Below, in pieces: positions 30,823-44,853 of a DNA stretch of 64,000 nucleotides; within the stretch, counting starts at the first letter, position 1; each line of letters starts with the position of its first letter. The position numbers and the translations under genes were made by a program. This DNA is from Eledone cirrhosa (taxonomy: Eukaryota): contig OZ024740.1 of the NCBI GenBank assembly GCA_964016885.1, positions 147,498,001 through 147,562,000 of the forward strand, given 5' to 3'. The notes beneath the pieces are model-generated. The model was not told the DNA's origin. It saw only the letters and a program-made list of their open reading frames with translations, and ran no database searches.

Positions 30823-32439
30823 TTTACTCTTAAATAATGCAGTTTGATAATGTTTGCCTTCCAATGGTTCATCCATGTTGCAGCCGATGAAAAACGCCTA
30901 ACTCTTCCACTAATATGTGTTGTCAAGTGACAACTGAGACTCTCCTGGGAAAGTAACTCGTCTCAATGCACACATAATATCTGTATGAATAACTGATTGG
31001 AGAGTGTATCTAAAAACCAATCAACAGATTGTAATCTGTAACTGGTTGTGTGCATTGCGTGTGATCAGGATATTTAATTATCAAATACGTACTGAATGTA
31101 TTGATAAAACTGTTAAATTAACGAATACATCATGTATTTACAATTCATATTTCAGTTATTATGATTATGAAACTTACACACCTCCATATTGGTAATTTTT
31201 TACAATGGCCTTCTTTTCACTCATAGCCAGAAGATTCTGCAACTGGTTTATATTTTAGCCAGGGGTTAGCTTTCACCGAGCAATCCTAAGATCAAGTGTG
31301 TTCCAAATATGACCACCCTATTTTTGTTTGGCAATGTGTATCTGGAGCCTCAGTATAACCTTCCTACTTCAGATAGTAGACTAGAATTATTAGGAGTAGA
31401 CTGTTTTTCTTAACAGTTCGATTGGACTACACAGATGCTCCCTCACTATCTCCTAATATGAGACCTTTCTTGTATAAGTGATGGGTTTAACATGGTTATT
31501 GTGTCATTTTTGCTTGTTATGTTAAATTCTGCAGACAACTATCGTTGAGTTTCAGTTGGATTGTCATCTAAAATCAGTGTTCCTGTTCATTTTTAGACAG
31601 TTAATAACAGTCAACTTGGTCGCACATAATGTCAATAAAAGTTAATTATCAAACCATACTGTACATAAAAATGACTCCGGTAAAACAAGTTGTGAACTGA
31701 TTGCAATGTCATGATTATAACCTTTTTTGCTTGATTTATGTCGCTAATGCTGCCCATTGAGATATTTGGTATTGCGTCTATCCGATTTCCTTTCCCCTTT
31801 AAATTTCTATTCTTCTGCCTCAGTCAGAAAACACCTACATTATTATAAAAAAAACTATCACTTGTAAACATGCCTGAAAGAAGTAATTTGTCGAAAAAAA
31901 AAAAAATCCCAAAGTGCCCCAAAATGGGGAGATTTTACATAATGAAAGCTAACCCAGAGTAGGTGGGAGATCTCCCCGTCAGACGGGGAGAGTTGACAGG
32001 TCTGAATTGTAGGAAAGTTTAAAACAAGGAGTATATATAAAATTATTTCCATTCATATTTCATGTTTCAAATTTTATAGTTATATAATAAAATTTAAAGT
32101 AATATGGTACGATTTTTTTGGCAAATGATATTTGTTTTTTGTATTAAACAAACATCAATATCAAATATTTTATCAGCTATGAATTTAAGGCAAGGTCGAA
32201 TACATTATCAGCAACCAGCTCGGTGTTAGCAGAATTTCTTATCAGTTATTAACTGCAATTGACAACGGACATTTTATCCTTTCTTCCCACCACTCTTGGT
32301 GCTTTTCAACAGTCATTCAACAAAAGAAAGGTGATTCTACTATTTTAAACAAATATAATCTATATTATAAGTGAAACAATGCTGCAATTCTTCAAAGAAT
32401 CTTTCCCATGTTTGGCCCAGAAATGTGCTTGTATGTGTG

Positions 32440-32500
<61 letters not shown>

Positions 32501-32552
32501 TTTCTGAATTTGTTTAGCAAGATTCTTTATCTAAAATCGTGTGTTGAAACCG

Positions 32553-32978
32553 ATATTGTTATACTTTGGGAGGGTCATGTTGCCAATAAGAAACACACGC
32601 ACCAGTTGCTTTCACTTCAATTTATTATATATTTATAAATTTATAAGTTTATAAATTTATAAATTTCTGGTTGGTTGGTTGGTTCCACAACCAGATAGTT
32701 GTTTATATATAGTCATAGTTCTTTCGTCACACACTCTGTGACCTCTTCAGTGACTGGGGATTCCTTTCTTTGTTTCTGTGCCTCTCCTTTGTTCTGTCCT
32801 ACGCCATTTTGTTTCTGTGTGTATGACTATATATAAACAACTATCTGGTTGTGGAACCAACCAACCAACCAGAAATTTATAAATTTATAAACTTATAAAT
32901 TTATAAATATATAATAAATTGAAGTGAAAGCAACTGGTGCGTGTGTTTCATATTGGCAACATGACCCTCCCAAAGTAT

Positions 32979-32986
<8 letters not shown>
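32553..32986. repeat. Inverted pseudo-LTR pair (~165-bp arms, one mismatch seen) with a hammerhead at the loop edge
   Basis: 32553-32717 is the reverse complement of 32822-32986. Confidence 0.92.
32711..32755 (-). ncRNA. Minimal type I hammerhead ribozyme motif
   Basis: AGTCA-CTGAAGA-G-GTCAC agagtgt GTGAC-GAAA-gaac-TA-TGACT: intact core and stems I and II, vestigial stem III. Confidence 0.7.
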
Positions 32987-33043
<57 letters not shown>

Positions 33044-33060
33044 TATGTATGTATGTATGT

Positions 33061-33548
33061 TATCTCTTTCTCTTAATTTCGAGTATATTTTGTTTTGACC
33101 GGCCACCTTCCTGGTGGCAAGGTTGTAAGAGAAAAGAAATTGTCATCCCTTGAATCGCAAGAATGTTTTGCAAATTTTGAAGGTGCCAGCTATCGCAGCC
33201 ATTTGTAGACTATGAATTAGGGAGCTGCGCTTTTTCTCCGGAAATCCAAGTTCAGTCATACTTTGGTCCAAACGGGTTGGTATATAACCCGTAGCTCCAA
33301 TAATGATGGGTATGAAGCTAAAGGTGTATCTTGGATACTGGATTTGTAAACTCCTCATCAATGGTTCGTAGATGTCCTCCTTCTCCTGTATTTTTCTGAC
33401 AACATTTACATCAAGTGGGCAGCTGATCTCCACAACAGAACACGTTTTCAATGTATGGTCCCAAACAACAATATCAGGCCGGTTGTGCTTTAATTTGGTG
33501 GCAGTTTTTATTTTCAGGTTCCACCAGTATTCCTTAGTGCCATCTGCC

Positions 33549-33550
<2 letters not shown>
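33061..33550 (-). mobile_element. 5'-truncated RLE non-LTR element inserted in (TATG)n
   Basis: EYWWN..HNRPDIVVWD..VEISCP..EKEDIY..IIIGATG. Both ends abut (TATG)n. Confidence 0.88.
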
Positions 33551-33579
<29 letters not shown>

Positions 33580-33867
33580 TGTATGTATGTATGTATGTAT
33601 GTATGTATGTATGTATGTATGTATGTATGTATGTATGTATGTTCTTCTGCTTTTATAATTTCACAAAGTTTTACCAATAGAGAGAGAGAGTTGGTTTCTA
33701 ACATAGACACAAGACTCTCTCATTGGAATTTACACAACATCAACTAGGTAGATATGTATGTATGTCTGCATGCATGCATGTGTAGATATGGATGTTATTG
33801 TATGTGTGGATGTGTATGTTTTGAGTTGTATGTGTGCATGTGTATATGCTTTGTATCTGTACATGTG

Positions 33868-34383
33868 TATTTATTAGATGCAAAATTTTTGGAATGTTTT
33901 ACATATTTTTACTGTTCCATTAATGGATTGTACTTGTAATTTCCTAACTAGTTGTGTTCTTTCTGTTCCCGTGAAGCCTAGCTTCTCAAGATTTGTATTG
34001 AGGCAGTTACTAACATACCACAGTGCCCTAATAATCACAGGCATAAATCTGAAGGTGTAATCAAGGTGGAGAATCTGCAGATTTCTCATCAGTTCTGCAT
34101 AAATATTCTCCTTTTCACTAATCTTTGATATTATATTGGCATCTGCTGGGCAGCTAATTTCCACTACTGTGCATGTTTTCTTCTCCCTGTCCCATATCAT
34201 AATATCTGGTCTCTTATGTCTGCATTTTATTGGGGTTTTTACTGGAACATTCCACCAGTACTCTTTCATATTATGTACATGGATGTCTTCCACATTGTTG
34301 TAGCTTTTAATGTGTTTGTTATCGGGGCTATCTTTTTTACATTGTTGTAGCTTTTAATGTGTTTGTTATCGGGGCTATCTTTT
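33868..34383 (-). mobile_element. Related RLE non-LTR 3' fragment with a ~45-bp duplication at its 5' junction
   Basis: KRPDIMIWD..VEISCP..EKENIY. CATTGTTGTAGCTTTTAATGTGTTTGTTATCGGGGCTATCTTTT occurs twice. Abuts (TATG)n. Confidence 0.85.
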
Positions 34384-34483
34384 ATGTATGTATGTATGTA
34401 TGTATGTATGTATGTATGTATGTATGTATGTATGTATGTATGTATGTATGTATGTATGTATGTATGTATGTATGTATGTATGT

Positions 34484-35085
34484 CAGGTCACCAGTTGGTG
34501 CTACTGGTAACATGTATCCCAGTACAACCTATCTCATGGTCGGGTCGTTGGCGACTAAACTGGCAACGCCACCAAGGTTTCTTGGTGGGGAGGGTGACTT
34601 TGGACATCCTGCAGGACTAAAAACAAAATCTGTCAAAGGGAAAAGGACCTCTTAAGAGTCAATGGCCATCCAAAATCACCGGGAGATATGACCCCCTAGC
34701 CTTTGTCAAGGCAGAATTCTAGAAGGAAAACTCTGATATAACACCTGCAACCCTGATGGTATCCAATGATGTTGACTTGTTCTTCTTTTTGGTAAATATC
34801 ATCTTGGTTAAGAGAGTGGGACTGGCTTTGTGCAGTGCCTTTGCTCGCTATAAAAGCTTCCACGGCACAGGCATTGCTTAATATCTGGAGATCTCTCTGC
34901 CCTTGTCGTCACATGGTACCATGGGCCCAGCACTATGTGTCAATAATTGTCGCAAGTGTAGTGTTTGTACCAGAGTTTTCAAGTCGCTGGCTGGACTAAA
35001 AAGTCCCACTCGTTCAGCGCATCGGTAGGGGTTCTCCTACATGGATATAAAGTAGTGGCCGTACTCGAAAACGAGTTGGCAGTCA
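34484..35085 (+). mobile_element. Probable RTE-type 5' UTR fragment
   Basis: GAGTGGGAC..TGCA.TG.C...CTATAAA..CTT.C.GCACAGG motif shared with the reverse complement of ~56090-56150. Confidence 0.45.
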
Positions 35086-35095
35086 CCATGTATGT

Positions 35096-35946
35096 ATGTA
35101 TGTTTTCTCTTTCTCTTAATTTCGAGTATATTTTTTTGACCGGCCACCTTCCTGGTGGCAAGGTTGTAAAAGAAAAGAAATTGTCATCCCTTGAATCGCA
35201 AGAATGTTTTGCAAATTTTGAAGGTGCCAGCTATCGCAGCCATTTGTAGACTATGAATTAGGGAGCTGCGATTTTTGTCCGCAAATCCAAGTTCGGTCAT
35301 ACTTTGGTCCAAGCGGGTTGGTATATAACCCGTAGCACCAATAATGATGGGTATGAAGCTAAAGGTGTATCTTGGATACTGGATTTGTAAACTCCTCATC
35401 AATGGTCCGTAGATGTCCTCCTTCTCCTGTATTTTTCTGACAACGTTTACATCAAGTGGGCAGCTGATCTCCACAACAGAACACGTTTTCAATGTGTGGT
35501 CCCAAACTACAATATCAGGCCGGTTGTGCTTTAATTTGGTGGCAGTTTTTATTTTCAGGTTCCACCAGTATTCCTTAGTGCCATCTGTCTCAATATATTC
35601 TTCCTCGTTTGTTGTTAATTTTGTTTTCCGAAGTGCGTTCCAGATGGTTCTAGCTATCCCATCGTGTCTCATGGGGAGGTAGTAGCGAGATGACATTCTT
35701 TCGCAGCTGGCAACAATGTGGCTTACATCCTCGATCTTTGTTTTACATAGCCTACATTTATTGTCAGCTGCTGGCCCTCTTCTTTTGTGCAGCAGATATT
35801 TGGTAGGGAGTTCTTGTTCCTGTATTGCATAGAGATATCCCTCAAGGTGTGATGTCATAAACTTGTCGGAACTCCATGCCAGGCTTTTTGAGTGGTTTAT
35901 CTCCTCTATGGTCTGTGTTTTACGCCTCAAGTATCCATGCACAACT
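35096..35946 (-). mobile_element. 5'-truncated RLE non-LTR element in (TATG)n, nearly identical to 33061-33550
   Basis: AIQEQEL.T, CRLCKTKIEDVSHIVASC, RHD and RPDIVVWD. The N-terminal part of track ORF 35184..36125 is microsatellite read-through. Confidence 0.9.
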
Positions 35947-36193
35947 TGTATGTATGTATGTATGTATGTATGTATGTATGTATGTATGTATGTATACGTA
36001 CATACATATATGTATACAGACGTACAGTAGTATGTATATATATACATACATGCACACATATATATATGCACGTATCGGTTTACCGAACATTTATTATAAT
36101 GCTCGGTTTGTTTGTAAACAAACAAACAGCCCGAATTATGCCGTACAGTGTTTAGGCAACCACGTCACCTTTTTGTTCAACACTGACACAGGA

Positions 36194-36236
36194 ACGATGT
36201 ACTAGTTTCAAGCTTATTAGCTATCGTCAGCATCGT
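36194..36236 (-). ncRNA. Minimal type I hammerhead ribozyme motif
   Basis: ACGATG-CTGACGA-T AGCT aata AGCT T-GAAA-CTAG-TA-CATCGT: 6-bp stem I and palindromic stem III. Confidence 0.78.
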
Positions 36237-36429
36237 ATACCTTCCTGCCAGATGGTTGAACGTCTGAAAGTATATACTTTCCTTATGCATATTAACGGCT
36301 GAGCAGCCTAATTTGCATATCGCGTGTGTTCATATAGCCTTTGTACCTGCGAATGTGTATATGTGTATTGTGCGTACGTGTGTATATGCTTATTCACCCA
36401 CATATTCCTGCGTGTTGGTTGGGGTAGAG

Positions 36430-37035
36430 TCCTCAAACTCTCCTTCCAGCGCATCCTGTCAAAAGCACCATCTCCAATTGATGCAATTGGATCCCCAAGC
36501 GAGACCAGCCGAGCTCATAGATCATATCAAAACCATCTGGATCGGCATTTACCCCTGGGACCTTGCCAGCTGGTTTTGCCCGTAAAATCTGACTAGCGAT
36601 TCTTTCCTGACACATTCTAACCATATGTCCGTAATATCGGAGCTGTGATCTTTCAGTTTGGAGAAACAGCGGCTCTACTTGGATCGATCTCTGATCTCTG
36701 AGCTACGCAACCTATCGAGTAACATTATTCCAAAGACCGTTTGGAGGAACCCCATTCGCGATCGTATTTTTTCAGTCATTACCCAAGACGCATGACCATG
36801 GGTAAGAGTTGTCACGAATACCGAATTGAAGATAGCAAGTTTGGCTTTTATACCTACCACTCTTCTTATGATGTTCAAATGCAGATGCTTGCGCATTACT
36901 GCATTCTTGCAGCCCCCTGCCTTCCGTCAAACGTGAACCCGGCTACGAGATACTTGCACTTCTCCATCTATTTCAGTGGAACTCCATTCACATGTAGGGT
37001 ACACTGTGCAGACTTCTTTGAGAGGACGAGTGTCT
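36430..37035 (-). mobile_element. RTE LINE 3' fragment
   Basis: KYLV/KLAIFNSVFV..LTHGHASWVMTEKIRSR and LGWSRLGI. Confidence 0.8.
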
Positions 37036-38270
37036 CATTCCTGCCGTGTTGCACCCTGCAGAAAACCTATCAAGTGTTTATCGAAAACTATATTGCAGAC
37101 ATCATCCAACGCTGCAAGAACTGGTGATGAGACTACCACCTGTCCTGGAAGGCATGGAATGAACGCACAAAGCCTACGTGTTCCGAGACCCCAATGAGGT
37201 TCCGTAACGCGGCAAACTTTAGCGATTGGCAACTGGAACTACTAAACCATTACAGGTAAGACTAGAGACTAGTGGAGACTGCCAGATGCTACCGGCAAGA
37301 TATTGTCGAGGTTTCTTAAGAAAGGGCCATCGCCCTGGTATTGAGAATCCAATTAAGATAAAAAATAAAGGAATGGTATCATTACAAAATGTGAAAATAG
37401 GTAGGCATAATCTAAAATCGCTTGTTTGTTGGTGACTGTATATATATATATATATATATAAAATATTAAAAAAATAATGAATAAAACAATGAAACAGTTC
37501 CTTATATTAAACAAAAAAAGTTCATTATTTAACGATCGTTTCTAGGATATATATGTGTTAGAATTGGCATGCATATTCAACAGATCTATGTACAAAATTA
37601 TACAAAATTATACAAACTATCAAAATTAAATATACATACCAACACATATATATGCCGTCTTCAGAAATAATGAAATATATTTATTGATAATAACAACAAT
37701 TCAAAATTACAGGTCTGTTTGGGAACAGAGTTCAAATTGACCAATGAAAACACAAAATGTTTATACAGTTAGGTGTATGTATATATGTAAGTAACTTCGT
37801 TCACGGATATGCATAAAAATATATATGTTCACATGCATGCGCATGCCGAAAAGATGTATATAAATACAAAAATTCAGGGCTAATGTCTCTGTATGTTTAT
37901 AATCTACAGATAAAATACGTATACGCATATAAACATATAAATATAAAAATAAATATATACACATTCATATACTCACACATATACATACATTCACACACAC
38001 ACGCGCGTATACGCATAAACATACACACAACCACGAACATACATACACACACACACCCCCACACACATATATGTGTATATACTATTATCATAAGCATATG
38101 GACATTAATGCGCGCACATAAACACTGCCACACATATTAAGATCCGGATACAGAAAGTAGGTGGGGGGGGGGGGAAGAGATCAGTATTTACTGGTGTCAG
38201 CAAACTGCCTATTTATAAATGTATCTATAAATTTAGAAATAAAAAGAAAAAGAAAAAAGAAGAATATTAA

Positions 38271-38310
<40 letters not shown>

Positions 38311-38344
38311 AAGTAAAATATAAAATATACATCGATATACATAC

Positions 38345-38389
<45 letters not shown>

Positions 38390-38588
38390 CATACATATAC
38401 ATACACATATACATAAACACATACATACACATACATATACATACACACACCATATAAATACACATACACATACACACACGCATACATATAGAGACACATA
38501 CATATACACATAAAAATACATAGACATATACATATATACACACATGTATATATATATATACACACATACATACATATATACATTCACA

Positions 38589-38651
<63 letters not shown>

Positions 38652-38691
38652 TAAACACACTCATGTATATACACACATACACATACAAACC

Positions 38692-38774
<83 letters not shown>

Positions 38775-39027
38775 GGACACATACATACACACATACATAT
38801 ACGCATATATACACATACATACACATCCATGTATGCGTATACACATACAAACACAACCACACGCTCACACAACTCAGACATACATAAATAAAGGGATATA
38901 CATACACATATATACATATATAAATAGAGATACATATACACATATAAATATATACACACATACACACACACACACATATACATACACATACATACACACA
39001 TACATATATATACACACACATATACAT

Positions 39028-39090
<63 letters not shown>

Positions 39091-39188
39091 TATATATATA
39101 AAAATAGAGAAATAAAATAAATAAATAAATAAATAAATTAATACACACAGTCAGACAAATATGCACACACATACATGTACACATACAT

Positions 39189-39255
<67 letters not shown>

Positions 39256-39295
39256 CATATACATACATATATATATACACATACACACATCAACT

Positions 39296-39331
<36 letters not shown>

Positions 39332-40679
39332 AAAGTTATATTTAAATTGTTGGGTTACAACTAGTAAATATTTATAACTGATATAAAAGCACTCAACAAG
39401 TATTTGGAGTATATTTACGATACTAAATAAATGGAAACTACATAAAACCATATCTATTTCATCATACATACCTCAGGGACATCACACTAACAATATGCTA
39501 TGCCTTCCTCAGACAAAATACTGCCAAATCAACTTTTCAAATACAAGTCGATGTTGAACGGTATGTCAAATCTATTTATTTATAAAACTGTCTATATTGT
39601 ATTTTGTCTGAAGAAGGCACAACACATCGTCTATATGACATCGTCAAGATGTATTTGATAAAAATGCGACCTTCTATAACGAAGCTCTAGATAGAAGTGG
39701 CCACAAAAATAGATTAGAATATATACCTTCTACTAAAAATACTATAAACATACAACCTAATATTACCAACAAACACCAAATGAAAAGTACACACCTAAAT
39801 GCCACCCACACTATACCCCAAAATACCAACAACTCTTCTAATATAAAGTATAGTAACTCTCAAAAAACTACTCATCATACAACTCTAATAAATGTTAATA
39901 ATAAAACTCCTAATAAAAAAGATAAAACACCTAAATCTATAAATCTAACTAAAAATGTGCGTGGTGAGATCATTAACATTAATCCTCCTAGTAAACATCA
40001 CGATACAACCTATAAAAATAATAAACAACATAGAAACCGTAATAGACGAGTTACTTGGTATAATGCTCCATTTAATTTACAAATTAAGGATAATATTGCT
40101 AAAAAATTTTTTTATATCCTAGAGAAAAACTTCCCGCCAAACCACAAATACCATCAAATCTTAAATAGGTCTACAGTTAAATTCTCATACTCAACAACCA
40201 ATAACATAAAAGAAAATATAAGTGCCTATAATGCATATAAATGTAAGAATACCATAAGTATACCACCAATACATCAAACCAACCATAATATCTCCTCAAA
40301 TACAGAATTAACGAAAGGTTGTAACTGTAGAAACAAAGCAAACTGCCCATTAAAAGGAAATTGTCTTGTTAACAACATAGTTTATAAATGTAATGTTAAA
40401 ACTAAAGATTCTATTTGCTCATATATAGGAGCTACTTCTAACAATTTTAAGGTAAGGTTTAATACCCACAAACATAGTTTTAAAAATGCCGCACTGGCTA
40501 ATACAACATCTCTAGCAGAAAAAATCAATAGTTATAAAAATAAGAATATAGAATATGATATGACCTGGAGTGTGCTCAAAAGAGCCACCCCTTATCAAAA
40601 TAATAGAAATGAATGTAAATTATGTTCCCAAGAACTATTTGAAATAATGAAATCTAAGGATATCTTATTAAATAAACGA

Positions 40680-41760
<1,081 letters not shown>

Positions 41761-42007
41761 TCTTTCTTACATTTCCTAATACTGAAACTACTATGTAAAC
41801 ACATATGATCTAAATGCAGATTAATATTCTATGTTTCTTGAAACCTATATTTACTATAATCCCCTCTCCCCTCCCCCCCTATTATTATTTGTATTTGTAA
41901 GCGTGGATGTATGTATGTATATATAGGTAGGTATGTATGTTTGGGTGTTTGTATGTGAGTATAAAAATACATATGTGCGCATGTAAATAAGGGTGTATGA
42001 TTGTGTG

Positions 42008-42056
<49 letters not shown>

Positions 42057-42170
42057 GTATCTATGTATTTATGTGGGTATATGTGTGTATGTATATGTAT
42101 GCGCATATGTACGTCTATGTGTATATGTGTGTATGTGTATATATGTACGTATGTGCGCATGTATATGTGA

Positions 42171-42233
<63 letters not shown>

Positions 42234-42236
<3 letters not shown>

Positions 42237-42530
42237 GATGTTGAATGGATGGAGGCTGTATTTGTAGGGCCATGTTTGTTTCATTATATATGTTTCAGGG
42301 ATGTCATATTGACGATGTGTTGTGCCTTCTTCAGACAAAATACAATATAGACAGTTTTATAAATAAATAGATTTGACATACCGTTCAACATCGACTTGTA
42401 TTTGAAAAGTTGATTTGGCAGTATTTTGTCTGAGGAAGGCATAGCATATTGTTAGTGTGATGTCCCTGAGGTATGTATGATGAAATAGATATGGTTTTGT
42501 AGATGTAGTTTCCATTTATTTAGTATCGTA
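42234..42530 (+). other. 110-bp strand-specific G.U-rich hairpin formed by two inverted hammerhead-containing copies
   Basis: Hand alignment of 42234-42343 with 42421-42530: no gaps, 33 differences, all G.U on the plus strand. Confidence 0.9.
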
Positions 42531-42614
42531 AATATACTCCAAATACTTGTTGAGTGCTTTTATATCAGTTATAAATATTTACTAGTTGTAACCCAACAAT
42601 TTAAATATAACTTT

Positions 42615-42656
<42 letters not shown>

Positions 42657-42696
42657 AGTTGATGTGTGTATGTGTATATATATATGTATGTATATG

Positions 42697-42737
<41 letters not shown>

Positions 42738-42829
42738 GTATGTGTACATGTATGCGTGTGCATATTTGTCTGACAGTGTGTATTAATTAATTAATTAATT
42801 TATTTATTTTATTTCTTTATTTTTATATA

Positions 42830-42904
<75 letters not shown>

Positions 42905-43204
42905 ATGTGTGTGTATATATATGTATGTGTGTATGTATGTGTATGTATATGTGTGTGTGTGTGTATGTGTGTATATATTTATATGTGTATATGTATCTCT
43001 ATTTATATATGTATATATGTGTATGTATAACCCTTTATTTATGTATGTCTGAGTTGTGTGAGCGTGTGGTTATGTTTGTATGTGTATACGCATACATGGA
43101 TGTGTATGTATGTGTATATATGCGTATATGTATGTGTGTATGTGTGTGTGTGTATATATGTATGTCTATGTATGAGTATGTATATGTATGTATGTGTATG
43201 TATA

Positions 43205-43253
<49 letters not shown>

Positions 43254-43262
43254 TATATTATA

Positions 43263-43293
<31 letters not shown>

Positions 43294-43334
43294 CTTTGTA
43301 TGTGTGTATGTGTATATGTGTGTATGTATGTGTC

Positions 43335-43374
<40 letters not shown>

Positions 43375-43414
43375 GGTTTGTATGTGTATGTGTGTATATA
43401 CATGAGTGTGTTTA

Positions 43415-43479
<65 letters not shown>

Positions 43480-43682
43480 TGTGAATGTATATATGTATGT
43501 ATGTGTGTATATATATATATACATGTGTGTATATATGTATATGTCTATGTATTTTTATGTGTATATGTATGTGTCTCTATATGTATGCGTGTGTGTATGT
43601 GTATGTGTATTTATATGGTGTGTGTATGTATATGTATGTGTATGTATGTGTTTATGTATATGTGTATGTATATGTATGTATA

Positions 43683-43743
<61 letters not shown>

Positions 43744-44395
43744 GTATGTATATCGATGTATATTTTATATTTTACTTGTTTATATATATATATATATATT
43801 TTCTTAATATTTTTCTTTTTTCTTTTTCTTTTTATTTCTAAATTTATAGATACATTTATAAATAGGCAGTTTGCTGACACCAGTAAATACTGACCTCTTC
43901 CCCCCCCACCTACTTTCTGTATCTGGATCTTAATATGTGTGGCAGTGTTTATGTGCGCGCATTAATGTCCATATGCTTATGATAATAGTATATACACATA
44001 TATGTGTGTGGGGGGGTGTGTGTGTATGTATGTTCGTGGTTGTGTGTATGTTTATGCGTAAACGCGCGTGTGTGTGTGAATGTATGTATATGTGTGAGTA
44101 TATGAATGTGTATATATTTATTTTTATATTTATATGTTTATATGCGTATACGTATTTTATCTGTAGATTATAAACATACAGAGACATTAGCCCTGAATTT
44201 TTGTATTTACATACATCTTTTCGGCATGCGCATGCATGTGAACATATATATTTTTATGCATATCTGTGAACGAAGTTACTTACATATATACATACACCTA
44301 ACTGTATAAACATTTTGTGTTTTCATTGGTCAATTTGAACTCTGTTCCCAAACAGACCTGTAATTTTGAATTGTTGTTATTATCAATAAATATAT

Positions 44396-44549
44396 TTCAT
44401 TATTTCTGAAGACGGCATATATATGTGTTGGTATGTATATTTAATTTTGATAGTTTGTATAATTTTGTATAATTTTGTACATAGATCTGTTGAATATGCA
44501 TGCCAATTCTAACACATATATATCCTAGAAACGATCGTTAAATAATGAA
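44396..44549 (+). ncRNA. Type I hammerhead with very long stem II (inverted copy at 37521-37674)
   Basis: TTCATTATTT-CTGAAGA-[~115 nt with ATATATATGTGTT/AACACATATATAT pairing]-GAAA-CGATCG-TT-AAATAATGAA. Confidence 0.72.
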
Positions 44550-44806
44550 CTTTTTTTGTTTAATATAAGGAACTGTTTCATTGTTTTATTCATTATTTTT
44601 TAAATATTTTATCTTGACTCTGTATTCCGTTTATCTTTCACCGAAAGTGATTTTTCATTGCATCTCTTCTTTCCATGATATCCGGATTACATTGAGTTCT
44701 TCATACGGATTGGACACTATCGTAAACTCTTGGTAGATTTATCTACATATATATATATATATATATATGAAATATAAGAATCAAAGAACTGTTCAAAACA
44801 TTATTG

Positions 44807-44853
44807 TGCTTACAGCTGTTTCCTCCAAACCGAGGTTTGGGTTCTTCGGAGCA
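44807..44853 (-). ncRNA. Minimal hammerhead motif, CCGAAGA core variant
   Basis: TGCT-CCGAAGA-ac CCAAACC tc GGTTTGG ag-GAAA-CAGCTG-TA-AGCA. Confidence 0.65.
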
